From positions 67,146,001-67,210,000 of the forward strand of contig OX597833.1 of NCBI GenBank assembly GCA_951406725.2: a stretch of 64,000 bases of DNA, in the 5' to 3' direction. Below are positions 56,705-64,000 of the stretch, piece by piece. This DNA comes from Octopus vulgaris (taxonomy: Eukaryota). The position numbers and the translations under genes were made by a program. The notes beneath the pieces are model-generated. The model ran no database searches and was not told the origin of the DNA. It saw only the letters and a list, made by a program, of their open reading frames with translations. The stretch's first letter is position 1. Every line of letters starts with the position of its first letter.

Positions 56705-56910
56705 GGCTTCAAAATTTGGGAGAATGCCAGAAATTTCAGGAATGGGGTGGTAAGTCGATTACATCGTCCCACGTGCTAGAATCGTTCTTATTTTATTGAA
56801 CCCGAAAGAATAAAAAAACGGTAACCTCGGCAGAATTTGAACGCAAAGACGCGCGTGCTAACGCTAAGCATTTTTCCCGGCGCGCTAACGATCATGCCAA
56901 TTCGCCAGCT
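56705..56910 (-). mobile_element. SINE B, degenerate
   Basis: AAGTCGATTACATCG...CCTCGGCAGAATTTGAAC...GCTAAGCATTTTTCCCGG. Confidence 0.75.
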
Positions 56911-57595
56911 TAATGTCAGCCGATAATTTTCAAGGCAATTCTAAGAGGATTCCTCCCTTATCATGCATTCTATATCTATTTCTAACCACTTTCCTTCCTC
57001 ATCTCCTCAATCACCCTTTTTTTATCCGCCATGTTTCTCTCTCCCTTTTTTTAAAAAATATTTTCCTCTCTTCATAAACACGCCTTTCACACCCTTCACA
57101 ACAAATGAATTATCTCTCCATTATTTATGCCGCTTACAATTCCTCGTTAGCCTAATTTCTTTTCACGTTCTAACAATAAGACATACGTACTAATTTGTTT
57201 CCGGGTTCTTCCAATTTAATCTAAGCTTTATTTATTACTTCCTATCAACAACGTTTCCATTCATGAACCCATTACCACGCTAATTTAAACATTCTCGAGA
57301 TTTCCTTTTCAAAGTCTTCTTTAAGTTAATTTGTTTCACTCGCAAATTACGCTACATTCCTAATTATTTGCACAGCTTTCTGAATATATATTTTTTCTTT
57401 ATGATATCCTAATCTGATAATATTGGTGTTTTAAATAAATTCCTTCGTTTCTTTTTTGTTATTTCTTCTATTCCGCATTCCATCTTCGCATGTTTGAAAA
57501 GAGATAAAATTTATTCGAATTTCAAAAACTATAAAGAAAAGTCGCAAAGAAAAACACAGCTACAAAAGCTAATCTACGGGGACGTAAACAAACCA

Positions 57596-57830
57596 ATACC
57601 TATTTCTTTATTACCCACAAGGGGCTAAACACAGAGGGGACAAACAAGGACAGACATAGGTATTAAGTCGATTATATCGACCCCAGTGCGTAACTGGCAC
57701 TTAATTTATCGACCCCGAAAGGATGAAAGGCAAAGTCGACCTCGGTGGAATTTGAACTCAAAACGTAACAGCAGACGAAATACCGCTAAGCATTTCGCCC
57801 GGCGTGCTAACGTTTCTGCCAGCTCGCCGC
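57596..57830 (-). mobile_element. SINE B, full length, 3' end joined to a SINE A fragment (57566-57600)
   Basis: Complete head-to-tail match; the flank ACGGGGACGTAAACAAACCA is SINE A-like. Confidence 0.9.
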
Positions 57831-58336
57831 TTTTTGTTGGCATGTGCTAGTAGGGCACATATACATAACTGGCTTCCACAGGGTTTCCGTCAGGTAAATA
57901 TATTCGCGAGACATTGGTGGTAGCCAGGTTAATCTAGAAGACACACACACACACACACTGGTTGCCGCGCACGAGAACTGATGTCGGAAAAAAAAAACGA
58001 CCAGCTTCTTAATGAAACAGGTGTACCAAAATATTTCAGTTTCCTTCTTCATTTATTCTGAAGTCTTAAACTTATATTAACACAAATATTACCTGCACAT
58101 GTCTATCTTTCGACTGGAAAGCATACAATTATGGAGAATTGAGAATGAGGTCAGCAGCGTTTCTATAATCGATCTCTTTTGCCATTTTGTGCTTTCTATG
58201 TCGCTTCTTCAAAATCTAGGGTATTAATTTTGTCTTCCGTTAATTGATGCTTACTTGTACGTTGGAGTCAATTTTTTGTTCAGTAGGTTCTAATGGTAAT
58301 ATATGTATGTATGTATTATGTATGTATGCATGCATG

Positions 58337-58388
<52 letters not shown>

Positions 58389-58392
58389 TATG

Positions 58393-58453
<61 letters not shown>

Positions 58454-58594
58454 ATATATGTATATATATATACATACATACATACATATGTATGTATATT
58501 TGCGCTCTGCTTTTTTAAATGACTGCAAATCCATCAATCATCTCTCTCCCCCTCCATCTCTCACACTGTCTCTGTGTGTGTGTCTCTCTCTCAA

Positions 58595-58850
<256 letters not shown>

Positions 58851-59486
58851 TTCTCAGTTCTGACTAGTACGTCACCGGATAACTCTGTATCTTTTCCTTC
58901 TCACTTTCCTCTCTTGTCCTTACTCTCTCTCACTCTCTCTCTCTCTAACTCTCTCTCACTCTCTCTCTCACCCCCTTTCTCTCTCACACTCTGTTTTACA
59001 GTCTACCCCTTAGTACTCATTTTCCTCACCATGCCCAAATACGAACCGTATATCCACCATGTTTCCAAAACTACGCAACGATTTCAGCATGAGCGTTCGC
59101 TTGATCCGTTTTTATTTCTAAATACATATTAAACGAAATCGTTAAGCGGTTCAAAACTGAACATAGGAATAAATCAAAAATCCAATTTGCTACACGATGC
59201 TCTATTTTTGGTGCCAGGAATCCATCAATAAACGTCTTTTTAGGGATTGCATCGATGGAGGTGTTATATTTTTGACTTCAAATATATCGAAAACGTGAGT
59301 TGTTGCCAATATGTGAAAGGATAAACGGTACTTCTTCCGAAAGAAGGGAAGCAATCTATAATAAAGAAATGGTTGGCATACCTAGAACGTCTCTAGATAA
59401 TACGAATCCTATTTCCTATAATGGATTATGACATTAGGAATGGAGGATTTCCTTGTGACGACTAGCAACGGCGAAGCAGCCAAATC

Positions 59487-59890
<404 letters not shown>

Positions 59891-60189
59891 ATTATACGTG
59901 CAGGTAATAAAATCAATGAAATCTCCAAACAGTTTTATGTACCTGTTTTTATTTTCTTTCCTGCGATTTGAGAAGGAACGAGAATCTCTTAAACATTAAA
60001 TAATGTCCCCCCGAATCCCGAAACAAGCAGCATGCACGACGTTAGTGCAACCTCTGCATTAGTGCTCCGCATATTAGGGACATTAGCGAGATACCCTCTG
60101 CAGCGTACGCTTCAATCTTAAAATTATGTAACGTGAAACTTCACAAAACGTCACAATTCTGTCTTAGATATAGGGAGAATTTTCCTTAG

Positions 60190-60350
60190 TCCATCGCTTG
60201 ACAATCGATGCTGGTGTGTTTACGTTCCTGTAAATTAGCGGCTCGGTGAAAGACCGATGGAATAAGTACTGGGCTTGTAAAGAATAAGTCCTCAGGTCTC
60301 TTTGTTCCACTAAGGGCAGTGCTCCAGTATGACCGCAGTCAAATGAAATA
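60190..60350 (+). mobile_element. SINE A 3' half
   Basis: GCTTGACAATCGATGCTGGTGTG...GCAGTCAAATGA. Confidence 0.85.
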
Positions 60351-60379
60351 AATAAATATATATATATGTACACACACAT

Positions 60380-60413
<34 letters not shown>

Positions 60414-60565
60414 TAGAAGAAATGAGGTAATCAGAAGATCGGATGGTTCATGTTTATAGATATTTATTTATATATTACATTTTTTACATATATATATCAT
60501 ATCATTCAGATCATATTCAGATTATTAGCGCTTTCTCCCATTCCAGTGGGGTTTTCAAATCAAAT

Positions 60566-60610
<45 letters not shown>

Positions 60611-60614
<4 letters not shown>

Positions 60615-60790
60615 GAGAATTCACAAAAGAACAGACGAAGACAGGTGGTGTAGACAATAAACAGATGTATTAACTTTAACGTTTCTAGCCTACGCCCTTC
60701 CACAGAAAGGAACACTGAAAGAAAGAAGGATAGAAAATAAAGAATGTGTAGTGGCTAGCGATCTATGATGGCGAATGCCGGACAGAGGGG
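60611..60790 (-). mobile_element. Short hammerhead-bearing repeat D1, 3' end at (TA)n
   Basis: Homolog of 2143-2348. Motif at 60674-60709: CUUU-CUGUGGA-A-GGGC(GUAG)GCUA-GAAAC-GUU-AAAG. Confidence 0.7.
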
Positions 60791-60874
60791 TTACACAGGA
60801 GAGCTAGGAATAAGGGGAGATAATAAAGTAGGGGTGATCCCAAAACGAAGGGTGTGCGTGCGAATGTAATAGAG

Positions 60875-61048
60875 AGGCTCGAAATTTTGGTGTAGGGGCC
60901 AATGCGTGACTGATGCTTAATTCATCGACTCCGAAAGAATGAACGGTAAAGTCGACCTCGGCGGAATTTGAACTGAGAGCGTAAACACAGACGAAATACT
61001 GCTAAGCATATCGCCCGGTGTGCTAGCGTTTCTAGCAGCGCGCCGCCT
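60875..61048 (-). mobile_element. SINE B, degenerate
   Basis: AAAGTCGACCTCGGCGGAATTTGAAC...CGCCGCCTT. Confidence 0.8.
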
Positions 61049-61101
61049 TATCCTAGATATATATTAACATATATATTTTTGAGAGAAAGATTTGTAATCA
61101 C

Positions 61102-61276
61102 CTGTGGCTGTGTGTTAAGAATCTAGGTTCTCAACTACATAGCTCCGGATTCAGTCCCACTGCGTTGCACACTTAAACACTTTGGAACACTTTCGGAATT
61201 GCTATGCAATAGGACTGAACCCGTGAGCATACGGTTAGGATTGAAAATTCGTTAATACACAGCCACACTTGCGCCT
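61102..61276. mobile_element. Two convergent SINE A tRNA heads
   Basis: GTGGCTGTGTGTTAA...TTCAGTCCCACTGCG on + and GGACTGAACCCG...ACACAGCCACACTTGCGCCT on -, about 30 bp apart. Confidence 0.7.
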
Positions 61277-62351
61277 ATATGTTTACTCGTACAGCATTAG
61301 ACGTCGTTGTGTAAATGAAAAAAAGATTGTGAGCATCGATTCACCAATCGTAGAGGCATCGAAACTTTGGGCACATCTTTCAACTTGGCCGGGCCGATAT
61401 AAAGTTGTTGGTTTATTATCTGAAGGAGAGGAATTTTGACCAGCTCTTTGCTGTTATTTAAGAAGGAAAAAAAAAACTAGTCCGTGGCAAGGTTGATTGT
61501 ATGATGTACATTAACAGCAGCGAAGATGAGTGGGTGACAGAATCAATAAGCTTTTTGATAATCCAGCCGTAGTGGCAACGGTTTTCATTAGTATATGGGC
61601 TTTCTATGATTATTAACACGTTATGCGACCAAGCAAAATCTCCCATGTTGGTCCGTAAACACGTTTATATCCATTATGTAATTCAATATGCTATTTCCCT
61701 GTATTGTCGTGCAAAGTTGTTATTCTGGTAACGACGAAGAATGAACAATGGAGACGGGGGTGGGTTACATAGGGAGGTTTTCCAGAATCGCTGCGGGAGA
61801 TGATCTGGAACAATCTAATTCTCACGCAATCTAAGCTAATATTAATAAACATCCAGATCTTGATATCTACATGTTCATACAATGATAGAATAATGTTGTT
61901 GGTTATGCTTAACCCCCAGGTCATACGAGATCGAATATACCTTTGATCTAATGCATTTCTGCTGTAAGTATCCCATATTTTATTCATACAAGAAGCATCC
62001 AGGATCTTATGATAGGAATAAAAGCCTTAGGAAATAAAATAGTTGGGTGTAAATTTAGTGAAATTTTGCAGGTATTTCATGGAATTTGAGATTAATGTAT
62101 TAGATTCTATATTTGTTGGTAATGCTTTTTATATTTATATTAATGCTCGGTATTATTACATCAAAGACATGATACAGAAAAACCTTATAAAACACCGATG
62201 GAACCCTACGAGGGACGTTTAAAATGTACGAAGATACTTAAACATTGGCCATGTGATGAAGAATTCCACTTCGCATATAAAAGACATCCAGGTTCAAGAG
62301 CGACTGAACCCGGAGTTATGCGGACACACAGGGGCCAATGTCACTATTTTT

Positions 62352-62470
62352 TTGTAGCCCCAGCTGGCTAGCGACACACTGTCTGTATCCGATTAGTATT
62401 AACGAAGGGAAAGCATCGTTCCCATCTCTAGCCGTACATGACCTCACACAGACCCGGGTTTCTGACTACA
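62352..62470 (-). mobile_element. Dispersed repeat family E, diverged copy with hammerhead 3' half
   Basis: Minus strand: CAGAAACCCGGGTC...GATGGGAACGATG...AATACTAATCGG...GCCAGCTGGGGCTACA. Confidence 0.7.
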
Positions 62471-62809
62471 TTCATAATATATATATATATATATATATAG
62501 ATAGATGAGTGTAATTTACCTTGTTAACAATTAACACGGAAAAATAAATAAATAGTTACCAGGGCAGCAAAAATCTCACAAGTAAAGATGTTGTAACTCC
62601 TTGTTTATAAAGGTTGAAACTTCGTGTTCACGTTGAATATTTTGAATAATATGAATAAAAAATTGACGAGTTTCGTTTTTTCACTTTCCCGAAGAGAAGA
62701 TTGCATTGTTTATACCTTTTATTCTTTTGAATAGTATCAGTGGAATTTTCGAAACATATGTAGAAAGTAAAAATACTTGTTTAAACCTGCGTTAACTGCG
62801 TTAACATTT

Positions 62810-62857
<48 letters not shown>

Positions 62858-63066
62858 GATGTATGTATATATAAATCGATACACATATATAGGCCCAAGT
62901 GCACATATATGCATCTATGTATATATGTATGTGAATCTGTGTATATTCTACAAGCGTCTTTCTTTGTAAATGTATGTACTTCTGCAATAATTTATCCTTT
63001 TCCATAGCATTGTTATCTATATATTGATAGATCGATAAGTATACATATACCCACACACGCAAACCT

Positions 63067-63104
<38 letters not shown>

Positions 63105-63449
63105 GTATGTATATATGTATATATATTATATATATATATAAATCCTAATTGATTATATATATGTATATATATATATGTATACATACAAATATGTATATAC
63201 ATACATGCATATATTAGTGTGTGTGCGTGGGCGCTTGCATGCGTGTGCGAGCACCAGTGAGTATGTGTGTGTGTGTGTGTGTGTGTTAGCATTTCAATAT
63301 GACTTATTTTCCCCTCTTGTCTCATTGGTTGGTATGATCGATGACCTTCCATACTTTTCTTTACATTTTGTATACTTGATGACAAATCTACTTCTTCATC
63401 CGCTTCCTCTGTTTTTTTTTTCTCTTTCTCCTTTCCGATTTCTTCACCT

Positions 63450-63885
63450 TTTCTCCTCCTCCTCCTCCACCTCCTCCTCATTCTTCTTCTTCTACTTCTT
63501 CTCCTTCTTCTTCTTCTTCTTCTTCTTCTTCTTCTTCTTCGTCTTCTCTCTTCTTCTTCTTCGTCTTCTGTTTCTTCTTCTTCTTCTTCTTCTTCTTCTT
63601 CTTCTTCTTCTTCTTCTCCTTCTTCTTCTCCTTGTTGTCGTTGTTCTTCTTCTTCTCCTCCTCCACCTCCTCCTCCTCCTCCTCCTATTTCTTCGTTTTC
63701 GTTTTCGTTCCTCCTCTTCTTTCTTTATCTCTTTCCTTCTTCGTCATTAACTTCTTCCACCTACCTCCTCCAACCCTTCTCCACCTCTTTCACCTCGTTC
63801 GCTTCCCTCAACCTCCACTCCTCTTCCTTCTCCTCCTCATCTCCTCCTCATCTCCTCCTCATCTCCTCCCCTCGTCCTCTTCATT
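63450..63885 (+). repeat. (TTC)n/(TCC)n polypyrimidine tract
   Basis: Direct reading. Confidence 0.95.
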
Positions 63886-64000
63886 TGCCCTCTTTAGACT
63901 TGTACCTGTCTTTCCATGCAATCGTTGCTATACTTTAACTTCTGTTTTTGGTTAATAAAGGAAAATGAAATTTTCCTTGTTTCGTTTTTTTTTGTTTTTC

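Noticed and set aside
61400-62100. Possible decayed reverse-transcriptase sequence
   Set aside because: Isolated motif resemblances were not in a consistent order, and no YxDD was found.

Overview
AT-rich, repeat-saturated animal (eukaryotic) non-coding DNA. The SINE families and the density of (TA)n, (TCTA)n and (TAA)n tracts suggest a coleoid cephalopod, most likely Octopus; this is an inference from recall, not a database result. I find no intact host gene. Almost every ORF in the track is a translated microsatellite or SINE. The recognisable content is: (i) three groups of tRNA-derived SINEs, labelled A, B and C here, with about 45 copies or fragments and several clear target-site duplications; (ii) a decayed mariner/Tc1-superfamily transposase C-terminus at 2468-2677; (iii) the 3' end of an R4/Dong-type non-LTR element with a restriction-like endonuclease at 52000-52612; (iv) several long foldbacks. 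The most interesting signal is about a dozen minimal type-I hammerhead-ribozyme motifs, counting intact, core-variant and half motifs. Most have a palindromic helix III and so are probably dimer-dependent. They are carried by at least six different short non-coding repeat sequences, many ending at (TA)n, which fits a diverse Penelope-like/retrozyme-like system. One case is a head-to-head double-ribozyme foldback at 9105-9356. All alignments and folds were done by eye, and coordinates of degenerate copies are approximate.
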